A stretch of 63,584 bases of DNA, the filler included, from Octopus bimaculoides (taxonomy: Eukaryota), in the NCBI RefSeq assembly GCF_001194135.2. It is 7 parts of 7 records of this genome, joined end to end, with 100 filler letters (N's around TTAATTAATTAA, not from the genome) between each part and the next. Parts side by side here need not be neighbours in the genome. Positions count along the whole stretch, not along the records: positions 1 to 4,668 come from NC_068990.1; positions 4,769 to 8,429 come from NW_026423783.1; positions 8,530 to 18,734 come from NC_069003.1; 4 more parts are not named here. The stretch is one strand, 5' to 3'. Every line of letters starts with the position of its first letter. The first letter of the stretch is position 1. The position numbers and the translations under genes are program-made. Of the stretch, positions 1 to 11,325 are shown piece by piece. A model generated the notes under the pieces. It was not told the origin of the DNA and did not search any database. It saw only the letters and a list, made by a program, of their open reading frames with translations.

Positions 1-248
1 TGAAACAGTTGCATCTCTTCATCTTTCACTTGTTTCAATAATTGAACTACAAGCCATGCTAAGGCACTGCTTTAGAGAATTTAGCCAAACAAATTGATCT
101 TTGAGTTTATTTTTTATTTAAAGGCTAGTACTTATTATATCAGTCTATTTTACTAAACCACTAAGTTAGTGGAACATAAATAAACCATTATCAGTTGTCA
201 AGTGATGGTGGAGACAAACAGAAGCACACAAACTGATATACACACACA

Positions 249-307
<59 letters not shown>

Positions 308-344
308 TAATAGCTTGACTCAGCTCCATCTCATTTTCGAGGGC

Positions 345-660
345 TAATATAATGAAACCCTCTCATCAGATATCTAGAAGAAAGTAAAGGGATTTGAGAA
401 AAATCAAGATGGCTTCTAGATGTTGGGCCTCTGTTGGTAAGCTCAAGTCATATGGTGTAAGTACTGCAGAAGCAACATCAGTTATTTACTTTATTCTTAA
501 GCCCACATTCTCAGACAGTATGTTGGCAAGGAGCTGTTGCCATTTTGGCGGCAAGCTGCAGTATAGTGTATTCAACAACAGTTCGTTGCATTTGATAGCT
601 CACATGATATCCATTTAGGCTCTTCTAGATATCTGAAGAGATGGGTTCGTCCTATGAGCC
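345..660. mobile_element. Degenerate inverted-repeat (MITE-like) relic
   Basis: aaccctctcatcagatatctagaaga (~356-381) is the near reverse complement of tcttctagatatctgaagagatgggtt (~622-648), with weaker similarity further out. Confidence 0.4.
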
Positions 661-763
661 CATGTAACTTTAAGTCAAATGAAGCCAAGTCAAACTCTTA
701 TTAAAATATATACATATAACTGCAACCAAATGTGTTCAGTGCCACTTTTGTTTGCCCACTCAT

Positions 764-807
<44 letters not shown>

Positions 808-954
808 GGAGAATGAATGGGAGAAGGAGAGTTTGCCAAATGTGCTACTAACTGAATGACCAGCTACCCAAATTGACAGTTCCTTGGTAGATAAGCAATT
901 GGAGATATGAAGACAGGGAAGCCTCTGGTCCATCAGGAGTTACCGCTGAGGTGC

Positions 955-1906
955 TTAAATTAGGGACAGAGTTAGTGTAGATGAGATGCAGTTTGGATTT
1001 GTGCCAGACAGGAGCATGATTGATGCTATATTTCTCGTTAGGCAATGGCACGGGAAATATTTAGTCTATAATGAACCTCTACACCTGGCTTTTCTTGACA
1101 TGGAGAAAGCCATTGACAGTCCCCTGATCCCTTATCTGGTGGTCAATGCAGAAGCTAGGGATAGATGAGTGGTTGACGAGAGCAGTACAAGCCATGTACT
1201 GTCAGTAAGGTAAAGGTTGGCAATGAGTATAGAGATGAATTCAGGGCAGAAGTAGGGGTTCACCAAGGATCAGTCCTCAGCCTCCTCTTGTTCATCATAG
1301 TCCTCCAGGAAATAACAGAAGAATTTAAGACGGGCTGCCTCTGAGAGCTCCTCTATGCTGATGACCTTGCTCTTATAGCTGAATCATTACCAGAACTAAA
1401 GAAGAAATTTCAGGTGTGGAAGCAAGGTCTAGAATCAAAGGGCCTGAGAGTTAAACTAACAAAAAACAAACTCATAATGAGTAGGAAAGCAGACAAATCA
1501 CAAATCTCTTAAGGTTGATGGCCCTGCTCAATCTGTAGAAAAGGCATATGTACTTGGTGTAAGGTATGGACAGCTAAGAGGTGCAGCAATATCAGAGGAA
1601 AGGTTAACAGGAAAAATAGTTTTTGTGTGTGGAAGGTGCACAGGTACAATTAACACTAAAAATGTACAGAAAATAGACCCCATCAAACGCCAGGTGGGTA
1701 AGCTAGTGGTAGTGGATAGTTTCCGTTATCTATGTGACCAAATCAGTAGTGGAGGTGGATGCTCTGAGAGTGTAGCTGTGAGAATAAGAATAGGCTGGAC
1801 AAAGTATAGTGAGCTCCTACCTCTGTTGGCAACAATGGACTTCTCCTTCAGAGTGAAAGGCAGACTGTATGATGCCTGTGTATAAACAGATATGCTACAT
1901 GGCAGC
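955..1906 (+). mobile_element. RTE-clade LINE reverse-transcriptase fragment (decayed) with an internal PHD-like Cys cluster
   Basis: Translates to MQFGFVPDRSMIDAIFLVRQ..AFLDMEKA, GVHQGSVLSLLLF, ELLYADDLALIAES..KFQVWKQGLESKGL, WPCSICRKG..CTWCK..KRCS..CGRC and DSFRYLCDQISSGGGC..VRIRIGWTKY..KGRLYDACV. Multiple stops and frameshifts. Confidence 0.92.
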
Positions 1907-4322
1907 AAATTAATTTCAGCTTAGTTCCTTAGTCATACACACTCTCAATGGAGACACAAATTCATTTCAGCTTAGTTCATTACTCATACAAATTCTGTAT
2001 GGATGGACAAATTAATTTCAGCTATAGATAGGATAATAAATTTCAGCTCAGTTTCATACTTCTATGATTTCTCTATGAATAGACAAATTAATTTCAGCAC
2101 AGTTCATAGCTGTATGATTTCTCCATGGAGAGACAAATTAATTTCAGCATAGTTCATTAGCTGTACAGTTTCTCTAAGGATAGACAAATTGATTTTAGCA
2201 TAGTTCATAGTTGTACAATTTCTCTATGGAAAGACAGACTAATTTCAGCTTAGTTCATTAGTCGTATGATTTCTCTGTGGATAGACAAATTATATTTTGG
2301 CTTATTTTGTTGTAGAAAAATTTCTCTATGGATAGACAAATTAATTTCAGCTTGGTTTGTATTCGCACAGTTTCTCAATAGATAGACAAAGTAATTTCAG
2401 CTTAGTTTGTTAGTCATACGATTTCTCTATGGATAAACAAATTAATTTCAGCTTAGTTCGTTAGTCATATGATTTCTCTATGGATAAACAAATTAATTTC
2501 AGATTAGTTTATTTATGGATAGACATATTAATTTCAGTATAGCTCATTAGTCATACAATTTTTCTGTGGATAAACAAACTCATTACAGCTTAGTTCATAG
2601 TCAAACAATTTCTCTATGGGTAGGAAACTTAACTCCAGGTTTGTTCGTTAATTGTAAATTTTCTCTGTGGATAGACAAATTAATTTCAGCTTAGTTCATT
2701 AGTCATATGATTTCCCTATGGATAGATAAATTAAACTTCTGCTTAGATCACAGTCCTATGATTTCTCTCTGGATAGAAAAATTAATTTCAGCTTAGTTCA
2801 TAGCCAAGCAATTTTTCTATGGATAGACAAATTAATTTCAGTTCAGTTTGTTAGTTATACGATTTCTCCATAGATAGACAAATTAAATTTCTGCTTAGTA
2901 TACAGTCATATGATTCCTGTATGGATAGACATAAATTTCAGCTTAGTTTGTTAGTCATACAAATTCTCTATGGATAGACAAGAGAACTTCAGCTTAGTTC
3001 ATTAGTCATATGAAATCTCTATGAAGAGACAAATTAATTTCAGTTAGTTGTGTGATTTCTCTATGGAAAAATGAATAAAATTAAATTTCAGATTCGTTCA
3101 TAGTCATGCAGTTTCTCTATGGATTAACCAATTAATTTCATAGTTTGTTAGTCATACGAATTCTCTATGGGTAGAGAAGTAATTTTCAGTTTAGTTAAAA
3201 GTCATAGAATTTGTGTATGGATGAACAAATAAATTTTAGCTTAGTTCAAAGCCGTATGATTTCTCTGTGGACAGACAAATTAATTTAAATTTATTTTGTT
3301 AGCCATACGATTTCTCTATAGATAAGTCAGATGGTTTCTGTATGGATAAATAAATTAATTTTACCTTAGTCATATGAATTCTCTTTGGAGGGAACATTTA
3401 ATTTCATTAAGTTCATTAGTCATACAAACTTTCTATGGATACGCAAATTCATTTCAGCTTAGTTCATTAGTCATAAGAATTCTCTGTGGGCAGCCATAGC
3501 CAAATTAATTTCAGCTTAGTTTGTTAGTCATACAAATTCTCTATGGACAGACATGTATTTTAGCTTAATTCATTTGTCCTACACTTTCTCAATGGATAGA
3601 AAACTTAATTTCAGCTACAGAGAGACAAATAAATTTCAGGTTAGTTCCTTTGTCATACAAACTTTCAATCATCATCATCATCATCATCGTTTAACGTCCG
3701 ATTTCCATGCTAGCATGGGTTGGACGATTTGACTGAGGACTGGTGAAATCGGATGGCAACACCAGGCTCCAATCTAATTTGGCAGAGTTTCTACAGCTGG
3801 ATGCCCTTCCTAACGCCAACCACTCAGAGAGTGTAGTGGGTGCTTTTACGTGTCACCCGCACGAAAACGGCCACGCTCGAAATGGTGTCTTTTATGTGCC
3901 ACCCGCACAAGCCAGTCCAGGGGCACTGGCAACGATCTCACTCGAAAATCCTACGGGAGCCAGTCAGGCGGTACTGGCAACGGCCACGCTCAAAATGGTG
4001 CATCTCATGTGCCACCCGCACAAGAGCCAGTCTAGGGGCACTGGCAACGATCTTACTTGGCTTGCCGGGTCTTCTCACGCACAACACATTTCCAAAGGTC
4101 TCGGTCAGTAGAGACATTAATTTCAGCATAGTTCACAGTCATACGATTTCTCTATGGAGAGACAAATTGATTTCAGCATAGTTCATTATTTGTACAATTT
4201 CTCTCCAAAAAACAAATTCATTTCAGCATAATTCATCGTCATACAATTTCTTTATGGACAGACTAATTAATTTCAGCTTAGGTCATTATTCATATGATTT
4301 CTTTATGGATAGAAAAATTACA
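1907..4322. repeat. ~51-bp tandem satellite, roughly 35-40 diverged copies, interrupted at 3668-4107
   Basis: Recurrent unit tggatagacaaattaatttcagcttagttcattagtcatatgatttctcta. Confidence 0.95.
3668..4107 (-). mobile_element. RTE-type retroposon 3' end (non-autonomous or truncated) inserted in the satellite
   Basis: Minus strand ends ...cgtccaacccatgctagcatggaaatcggacgttaaac(gat)n, an RTE-like tail. Near-identical to the copy at 4389-4668. Confidence 0.75.
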
Positions 4323-4388
4323 TTTGTTACATGTACCTCACATTTTGTGTTGTCTGTCCTTGTAATGTCCATTCTCTGTTGGGGCTTT

Positions 4389-4668
4389 ATCATCATCATC
4401 ATCATCATCATCATCGTTTAACGTCCGCTTTCCATGCTAGCATGGGTTGGACGATTTGACTGAGTACTGGTGCAACCGGATGGCTACACCAGGCTCCAAT
4501 CTAATTTGGCAGAGTTTCTACAGCTGGATGCCCTTCCTAACGCCAACCACTCAGAGAGTGTAGTGGGTGCTTTTACGTGTCACTCGCACGAAAACGGCCA
4601 CGCTCGAAATGGTGTCTTTTATGTGCCACCCACACAAGAGCCAGTCCAGAGGCACTGGCAACGATCTC
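4389..4668 (-). mobile_element. Second copy of the RTE-type retroposon 3' end (runs into a gap)
   Basis: High identity to 3668-3940, with the same (CAT)n tail. Confidence 0.75.
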
Positions 4669-4712
4669 NNNNNNNNNNNNNNNNNNNNNNNNNNNNNNNN
4701 NNNNNNNNNNNN

Positions 4713-4724
4713 TTAATTAATTAA
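4713..4724. other. Assembly spacer TTAATTAATTAA inside 100-bp gaps (also at 8474, 18779, 45154, 51604, 55328)
   Basis: Identical palindromic six-frame-stop 12-mer centred in N runs (44 N each side at 4669-4768). Not biological. Confidence 0.95.
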
Positions 4725-5578
4725 NNNNNNNNNNNNNNNNNNNNNNNNNNNNNNNNNNNNNNNNNNNNATGTATATATGTATATATGTATATATGTATAT
4801 ATGTATATATATATATTTAGATAACACTAAGTTAATATTGTTAAGTTTATCATCTTAGTTTAAACCAAAACTTCGATTAGATTAGGGTTGAATTTTTTCC
4901 AATAATACTGTTTAATATTTCTTTTTGATTTATGGGATAAATAAGTAGTTTTTTATTATATAATTTCTTTGATTATTAGTTTATATTCTAATTAAGGTTA
5001 AATCAATAGTACAACATTTATAATTTTATTTAAACTAAAGATTCAATTCAATAAATTTTGTATTCCTTTTCAATAATTTTGTTAAATGTTTTTCCCTTTA
5101 TTTAATGGTGATACAATCGCTTTTATATATTAATTTATATAAATTAATTTTTTGTTAGTTTATATTTTAATTTTATAATTTTAATTTAACCTAAAACTTC
5201 GTTTAAATTGTATTTTAGACGAAAGGTTCGTTAAGATTAGCATATAATATTTGTTAGTTTATATTATAATAAACGTATAGTTAATTATGACACGTTTATA
5301 ATTTTTGATATTTTTAATAATATTGTTTAACATTTTTCTATCTTAATATAATAAGTATTTTTATATACATTCATTTGTTATTTATTGTTGGTTGATATAT
5401 ACATTCTTTTATTATTATTATTATTATTGTATTTTGACCTGAAGCTTAGCTATGCTTTTGAATAGAATTGATTTTTGATCGATTTAATCGACTTGAATAT
5501 ATTTCATTTTCTATTTGAAAACTGGTTATGAAACACATGTAGTCATTTTATTATCATTATCTTATGATTTTTATTTTG

Positions 5579-5612
5579 TACTAGCAGAGATACCCGGCCT
5601 TGCTCGGGATTA
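5579..5612 (-). mobile_element. Helitron 3' terminus (hairpin + CTAG|T)
   Basis: Minus strand reads atcccgagcaaggccgggtatctctgCTAGta: a GC hairpin about 10 nt upstream of CTAG. Matches the copy at 55064. Confidence 0.7.
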
Positions 5613-5615
5613 AAA

Positions 5616-5924
5616 TGGCATAGATTTTTATTGGTTTACTTGTTTCAGTCATGTGACTGCGGCCATGGTGGAGCACCGCCGTTGGTCGAAGAAATCAACG
5701 ACAGGATTTATTCTTTGTAAGCCTAGCACTCATTCTGTCAGTGTCTTTTACGAAACCGCTAAGTTACGGGAATGTAAACACAGCAACATCAGCTGTCAAG
5801 GAATGGTGGGAGTACAAACACAAGAGACAAGCACACACATACACAAATATACAAATATATACGACAGTCTTCTTTCAGTTTCCGAGTACAAAATCCACTC
5901 ACAAGATTTTGGTCAGCCTGAGAC
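5616..5924 (-). mobile_element. SINE family B, 3' part
   Basis: Tail ggcggtgctccaccatggccgcagtcacatgactgaaacaagtaaa on the minus strand, shared with the copies at 11733, 14115, 23968 and 37800. Confidence 0.8.
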
Positions 5925-5937
5925 TATATATATATAT

Positions 5938-6259
5938 GCTTTCGGTGCGAATGGTTTTATTATACGGTGCCGTCTTTTACAATCCTGTAAATAATAATAA
6001 TGGTATTTTTATATAAGCTTAAAGCTTATGCCGTTCACCATGCAATGACTAACGAAAATAGTGTAATAACGGAGCATATAAGCCCTCGACAGAAAAAAGA
6101 ATGCTTTCCCATCTGCATGGGACGCAAACCCACATCCCTTTGTTAACATGACTGTGTGTGTTACCTTCACACATGGATAGAAAAGCCTTATACCATTATT
6201 ATTATTATTTACATGATTGTAAAATACGGCGTCGTATAACAAAACCATTTGCACTGAAA

Positions 6260-6261
<2 letters not shown>
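5938..6261. mobile_element. MITE with ~70-bp terminal inverted repeats embedded in (TA)n
   Basis: 5938-6006 (gctttcggtgcgaatggttttattatacggtgccgtcttttacaatcctgtaaataataataatggtat) is the reverse complement of 6190-6261 with few mismatches. Both ends abut TA runs. Confidence 0.85.
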
Positions 6262-6299
<38 letters not shown>

Positions 6300-6531
6300 C
6301 GAAAACATGAATTCTGGTTTAAATAAATTATAAATTTCAGTATGATCGGGTATTATAGTATATTATAGTATAATATTAGGGTTTAAGGCAGGGCATATCA
6401 ATGTATAATTTACCAATAACAATTCTATTTGTATTTGTGTTAATTTGCTAAAGTTTCTAGAGATAATATAATATAGATTTCCATTGATTTAGAAGTTATT
6501 ACCAGGAATCAATATTTGTAATATTTGATTG

Positions 6532-7128
6532 GGATCTTTTTTAAAATGGGGGCCACATTTTTCATTAACGAAACACTTTGAAACTTGGAACACTGGTAGA
6601 ATGTGTCATATAAAACATCTTTTTCTCTTAGTCTTCTTAAAAAAAAAAGAAATCCCTAAATTATTCCATGTTAAAGTTGTCGTATTTCTGTAATTTCAAC
6701 CAATCACTGACGTCCATTCAGCTGATATACATTAAGTGCTGACTACATAAACAAACGATTCTGAAACAATTAACCCTAACCCTAACCCTAACCCTAACCC
6801 TAGGGTTAGGGTTAGGGTTAGGGTTAGGGTTAGGGTTAAAGCAAATTTAAAATGAAAAAAGCAAATAAAACGAAGGTATGGAGATTAAATACGCTTTACA
6901 TCGCTTAATCAGCCAAAGGAGTAAATGTAAACAACTGAATACTTGTCAGTGATTGGTTGAAATTATCGAAATAAGACAATTTTTTACATGAAATAAATTC
7001 AAATACAAAAATATTTTTCTGTTCTATAACACAAAATAGATAAGTATACGAAGTTTGAAAGTCTTTCCGTACCAAAAACACTACGTAAAACATTAATGAA
7101 AAATGTGGCCCCGTTTTAAAATAGATCC
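6532..7128. mobile_element. Foldback/MITE-like element with long imperfect inverted arms and a central telomere-repeat palindrome
   Basis: Outer arms ggatcttttttaaaatgggggccacatttttcattaa / ttaatgaaaaatgtggccccgttttaaaatagatcc. Perfect 20-bp inner arms at 6692-6711 and 6945-6964. Confidence 0.8.
6771..6838. repeat. Interstitial telomeric repeat palindrome (TAACCC)5-TA-(GGGTTA)6
   Basis: Read directly from the sequence. Confidence 0.97.
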
Positions 7129-7432
7129 TTTGATTGTTTATAATTAACAATATTAGGAGGGTTTTCTCCTTTAGACGGACCTTTATTTAAGGAGGAATTT
7201 ATTTAATGAGAAATTTGAATATGAACCAGACTTAGAGACAATGTTTTTGGTGTTTACTCTTTACCTTTTACCCTGAAGATGTCTAAGGTAATTTACTTAT
7301 TTAACTTGAATTTGACAGTTAAATATAACCTTATACAGAAATGTTGACACAGGAATAAACTTCAATAATAATGGATATCAGCGTCAAAACTCTCATTTAA
7401 ATATTTAGATAAATATATATATATATATATAT

Positions 7433-8100
7433 ATGAGAACATTCAGAACCAGAGAGAAGGAAACCATGATGGTCCTCTGGAAGACATTCGTCCTCCGCCG
7501 CCTAGATTACTGCTCACAACTATGGTCACCCACCAGTGTGAAATTAACAGCGGACCTTGAAGCAATCCAGAGAAGATTCACAAAGAAGATTGTCTCTTTG
7601 CAACTGCTCAGCTACTGGGAAAGGCTGAAACAGCTAAGACTCTACTCCCTGGAGAGAAGGCGGGAGAGGTATGCATTAATGTACATCTGGAAGATCCTGA
7701 AAGGAATTGTGCCAAATTTTGGCATTGAAAGCTACACCAATGCCAGAACGGGACGACACTGCATAGTGCCAAAGATTCCAGCAATGCCATCGCACTTCAG
7801 GACCAGTTACTGCAACAGTTTTGGGTTTCAGGGGCCCATAGCTTTTTAATATTCTCCGAAAAAGCCTGAGGAACCTGCACAAAGTAGATGTAGGGGTTTT
7901 TAAATCAAAGCTGGACCTCTTCCTGTCGAAAGTCCCAGATGAATCTATCTCACGGCAAGAGGTGCAAATGAGGGTAGCTACATCAAATTCCATTCTTCAC
8001 CAAGTGCCACATATTGGAGGAGGCTCTCAGCAATAACAGTGTAGCAAAACGGCGGTGCATCAGCATGGCCGCAACTCTGAGCTGAATCTATAATAAAAAA
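7433..8100 (+). mobile_element. 5'-truncated CR1-clade LINE (ORF2 C-terminus plus 3' UTR)
   Basis: LWKTFVLRRLDYCSQLWSP..LEAIQRRFTKKI..LSYWERLKQLRLYSLERRRERYALMYIWKIL is the typical CR1 post-RT region. Ends in an A-rich tail and starts at a (TA)n run. Confidence 0.92.
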
Positions 8101-8607
8101 ATATATATAAGTTCTCAAAGTGGATATATGTGACGCAGTAACTATTTTCTGGAGACATATTCCCGCAATTAGCACGCCAAAACAAAGACTTTTGATTTTT
8201 ACCATTAAGTTGTAATTAGCAGAACCATATACACGTTTGCCTCTGGGGGTGAACAACTTGTATAGGATTCTGAGAATTATGAGAATTATAACTCCCTTAC
8301 AGTTCATGCTGAAGAGAAGCAGACATTCGGTAAGAGTGCTGATTTCGAAACTGGTCACTGAATAATAATGTCTTATTTATGTAATTTTCACTGTCTTGCC
8401 TGCATACGTTTTGGTATTTCGCTGAATTTNNNNNNNNNNNNNNNNNNNNNNNNNNNNNNNNNNNNNNNNNNNNTTAATTAATTAANNNNNNNNNNNNNNN
8501 NNNNNNNNNNNNNNNNNNNNNNNNNNNNNAGATGCCGCTAAGCATGTTGCTTAACGATTTTACCAGCTCGCCGCCTTCATAATAATAATAATAATAATAA
8601 CAATAAT

Positions 8608-8887
8608 GATTGCAGCGTGGAAAGTATTTATTTGTAAGCTATTCAAGAACACACAAAACCCGTCAGTTTCACTTGAACATTTAAATTTCATTTCTGTCAA
8701 AATGTTTTTGTCGATTTGAAACCGCGACCTCTTCACTGGCGAAACTTCGTGCTGGATCACGAAATTTTGTCAGTGAACAGGTCACGGTTTCAAATCGACA
8801 AAAATATTTTGACAAAAATGAAATTTAATTGTTGAACTGTTTTTGTGTGTTCTTGAATGGCTTATAAATATCTTCCATGCTGCAATC
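8608..8887. mobile_element. ~280-bp foldback MITE (almost fully palindromic)
   Basis: gattgcagcgtggaaag..ttcaagaacacacaaaa..tttttgtcgatttgaaaccgcgacctcttcactg mirrors cagtgaacaggtcacggtttcaaatcgacaaaaa..tttttgtgtgttcttgaa..ttccatgctgcaatc. Confidence 0.88.
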
Positions 8888-8964
8888 GTTTTTGTTTCAG
8901 TACACGATCTCAGATCAAGTCACTTGCTATGCAAGTATATCTCCGATAATGATAATTCTTTCTG

Positions 8965-9560
8965 CTAAAGGCACAAGGCCTAAAATTTTGGTGGATGGGG
9001 ACTAGTCGATTACATCGAACCCCGGTATTCAACTGGTATTTATTTTATCGACCTCAGAAGGATGAAAAGCAAAATCGACCTCGGCAGAATTTGAACACAG
9101 AACGTAAAGGCATTCATAAATGCCCCTAAGCGCTTTACATGGCATGCTAACAATTCTTCCAGCTCACGGTTTTTAAAATGTTTATTTATTTATTTATTTA
9201 TTTATTTATTTTAAGGCAGCGAGCTGGCAGAATTGTTTGCACGCTGGGCGAAATGTTTAGCGGGATATCTGCCGTTACGTTCTGAGTTCAAATTCCACCG
9301 AGGTCAACTTTGCCTTTCATCCTTTCGGGGTCGATAAATTAAGTACCAGTTACGCACTGGGGTCGATGTAATCGACTTAATCCATTCGTCTGTCCTTGTT
9401 TGTTCCCTCTATGTTTAGCTCCTTGTGGGCAATAAAGAAATATGAAACGTTAGCACGCTGGGCAAAATGCTTTGCGGCATTTCGTCTGTCTTTAGTCTTT
9501 ACGTTCTGAGTTCAAATTCCGCCAAAGTCGACATTGCCTTTCATCCTTCAAGACATCGAT
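8965..9560. mobile_element. Two oppositely oriented copies of tRNA-derived SINE family A (8965-9170 minus, 9214-9560 plus)
   Basis: Head ggcggcgagctggcagaa..gttctgagttcaaattccgccgaggtcgactttgcctttcatcctttcggggtcgataaattaagtaccag, with box A- and box B-like motifs. Confidence 0.85.
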
Positions 9561-9699
9561 TATTCTGGTGCCGCAGGATAACCGTCGTGTCTGTGACTAA
9601 AAGTAGTAAACGGTAAGAGATAATAGATACAGTAATTTGGACATTGTCAATGGTGAACCTTGGATATTCCTGTCTCGAGCCCTACGGTCAATATTAGCA

Positions 9700-9918
9700 G
9701 TTACCCGGTTACCATAGCGCACAAGTGAATGTGATCACAACATTCTCCCTAAACAGAGACGCCAGCCCATCGTTGGATTACTCATTTGCACTTGAGTGGA
9801 CTGGAGCAAGGTGAAATAAAGTGTTTTGCTCAAGAACACAACGTACCGTTTGGGCTCGATATCGAAACCACGATCTTCCGATTGAGAGTGCAGCATCTTA
9901 ACCACTAAGCCATGCGCA
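9700..9918 (-). mobile_element. tRNA-derived SINE family D (body ttgtgttcttgagcaaaacactttatttcac)
   Basis: Minus strand: gcttagtggttaag..gatcgtggtttcgat tRNA-like head followed by a CORE-like body. Related copies at ~15900-16118, ~29400-29465 and 48557-48680. Confidence 0.65.
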
Positions 9919-9944
9919 TTGACTTATTTTGATTTCAATTTTTG

Positions 9945-10143
9945 ACACAAGGCCAGCAATTTCAGGACGGCTTTTAATCGATTACATCAACTCCAGTGTC
10001 GACTAGCACTTATTTTATCGACCCCCGAAAGGATGGAAGGCAAAACGAATCTCGACGGAGTTTGAAATCAGAACGTAAAGACAGACGAAATACCGCTAGG
10101 CATTTTTACCCGGCGCGCTAACAATTCTACCAAATCGCCGCCT
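9945..10143 (-). mobile_element. SINE family A copy
   Basis: Homologous to 8965-9170. Confidence 0.8.
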
Positions 10144-10677
10144 TATACACGCTCGCTAATTTGAGCATAGGAAAATACAATACGCAGATTGCCTAAGAGA
10201 GGATCGAACTTGCTATCCTGTTGTTTTGAGCATAGGAAACTACAATAAGCAGATTGCTTAGGAGAAAATTGAACTTGCATCTTGTTGTTTTCTATACAAG
10301 TAATTTGAGCTCAAAACAGAAATAACTTTAAACAGAAGAAAAAAAAACGACATATATCTAGATTGATTGATTACGGACAAATGTGTGGAGATATGATGGT
10401 CATGTGATCTGACTGTTGTGGTATTTATTTATCTCGGAGTGTAATCACAATAACTTCTGCCGGAAGGTGTGTATGGGGAAAAGTAGACATTCCTTCAATA
10501 AAGACCACCACCAGCGTCACCAAAATCACCCCGTTTAATACTTTTACTACTACTACAATTAATATCACTAACAACACCGCCCCTATGGCAGTGAGTGATA
10601 GTACCAATAACATTAATCCAAATATGATTACTAAATGGACTACATATTTTTCTACACCATCTTATACTTCTATAAAG

Positions 10678-11325
10678 TTTCTTTTCTACTCTTGGCACAA
10701 GGCCCGAAATTTTGGGGAAGAGGGCCAGTCGACTAAGAAGTACGTAACTAATACTTAATTCATCGACCCCCAAAAGGATGAAAAGCAAAGTTGACCCCGG
10801 CGGAATTTGAACTCAGAACGTAAACGGCAGACGAAATACCGCTAAGTATTTCACCCGACGTGCTAACGTTTCTCATTTCTTTATTGCCCTCAAGGGGCTA
10901 AACATAAGAGGGATAAACAATGTCAGACAAAGGGATTAAGTCGATTACAACGATGCCAGTGCGTAACTGGTACTTAATTTATCGACCCTGAAAATATGAA
11001 AGAGTAAAGTCAACCTCGGCGGAATTTGAACTGAGAACGTAACGGCAGACGAAATACCGCTAAGCATTTCACCCAGCGTGCTAACGTTTCTTATTTCTTT
11101 ATTGCCCACAAGGGGCTAAACATAGAGGGGACAAACAAGGACAAACAAAGGGATTAAGTCGTTTACATCGATCCCAGTGCGTAACTGGTACTTAATTTAT
11201 CGACCCTGAAAATATGAAAGGCAAAGTCGGCCTCGGCGGAATTTGAACTCAGAACGTAACGGCAGACGAAATACCGCTAAGCATTTCGCCCGGCGTGCTA
11301 ACGTTTCTGCCAGCTCGCCGCCCTG
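10678..11325 (-). mobile_element. Trimeric SINE family A (three tandem internal units) with a 12-bp target-site duplication
   Basis: The unit ...gaatttgaactcagaacgtaacggcagacgaaataccgctaagcatttc... occurs three times. tacttctataaa is present on both flanks (~10664 and ~11328). Confidence 0.85.

Noticed and set aside
3743-4181. Overlapping 60-120 aa ORFs
   Set aside because: Lie within a multi-copy retroposon 3' region; no protein family recognised.
1907-4322. CRISPR-like array
   Set aside because: Contiguous diverged units without unique spacers, no cas genes, eukaryotic context.
4713-4724. Recurrent palindrome TTAATTAATTAA (six occurrences)
   Set aside because: Always centred in N runs and encodes stops in all six frames, so it is an assembly spacer.
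4790-5575. Very AT-rich stretch as a possible mitochondrial control-region insertion
   Set aside because: No mitochondrial gene or tRNA remnants recognised; it looks like a degenerate AT-rich repeat.
6771-6838. Chromosome end-to-end fusion scar
   Set aside because: The orientation is CCCTAA then TTAGGG, the reverse of a fusion, and it lies inside inverted transposon-like arms.
10405-10755. Thr-rich plus-strand open frame (mucin-like)
   Set aside because: Explained by degenerate ACT/ACC repeats, runs into a SINE, and has no credible splice sites.
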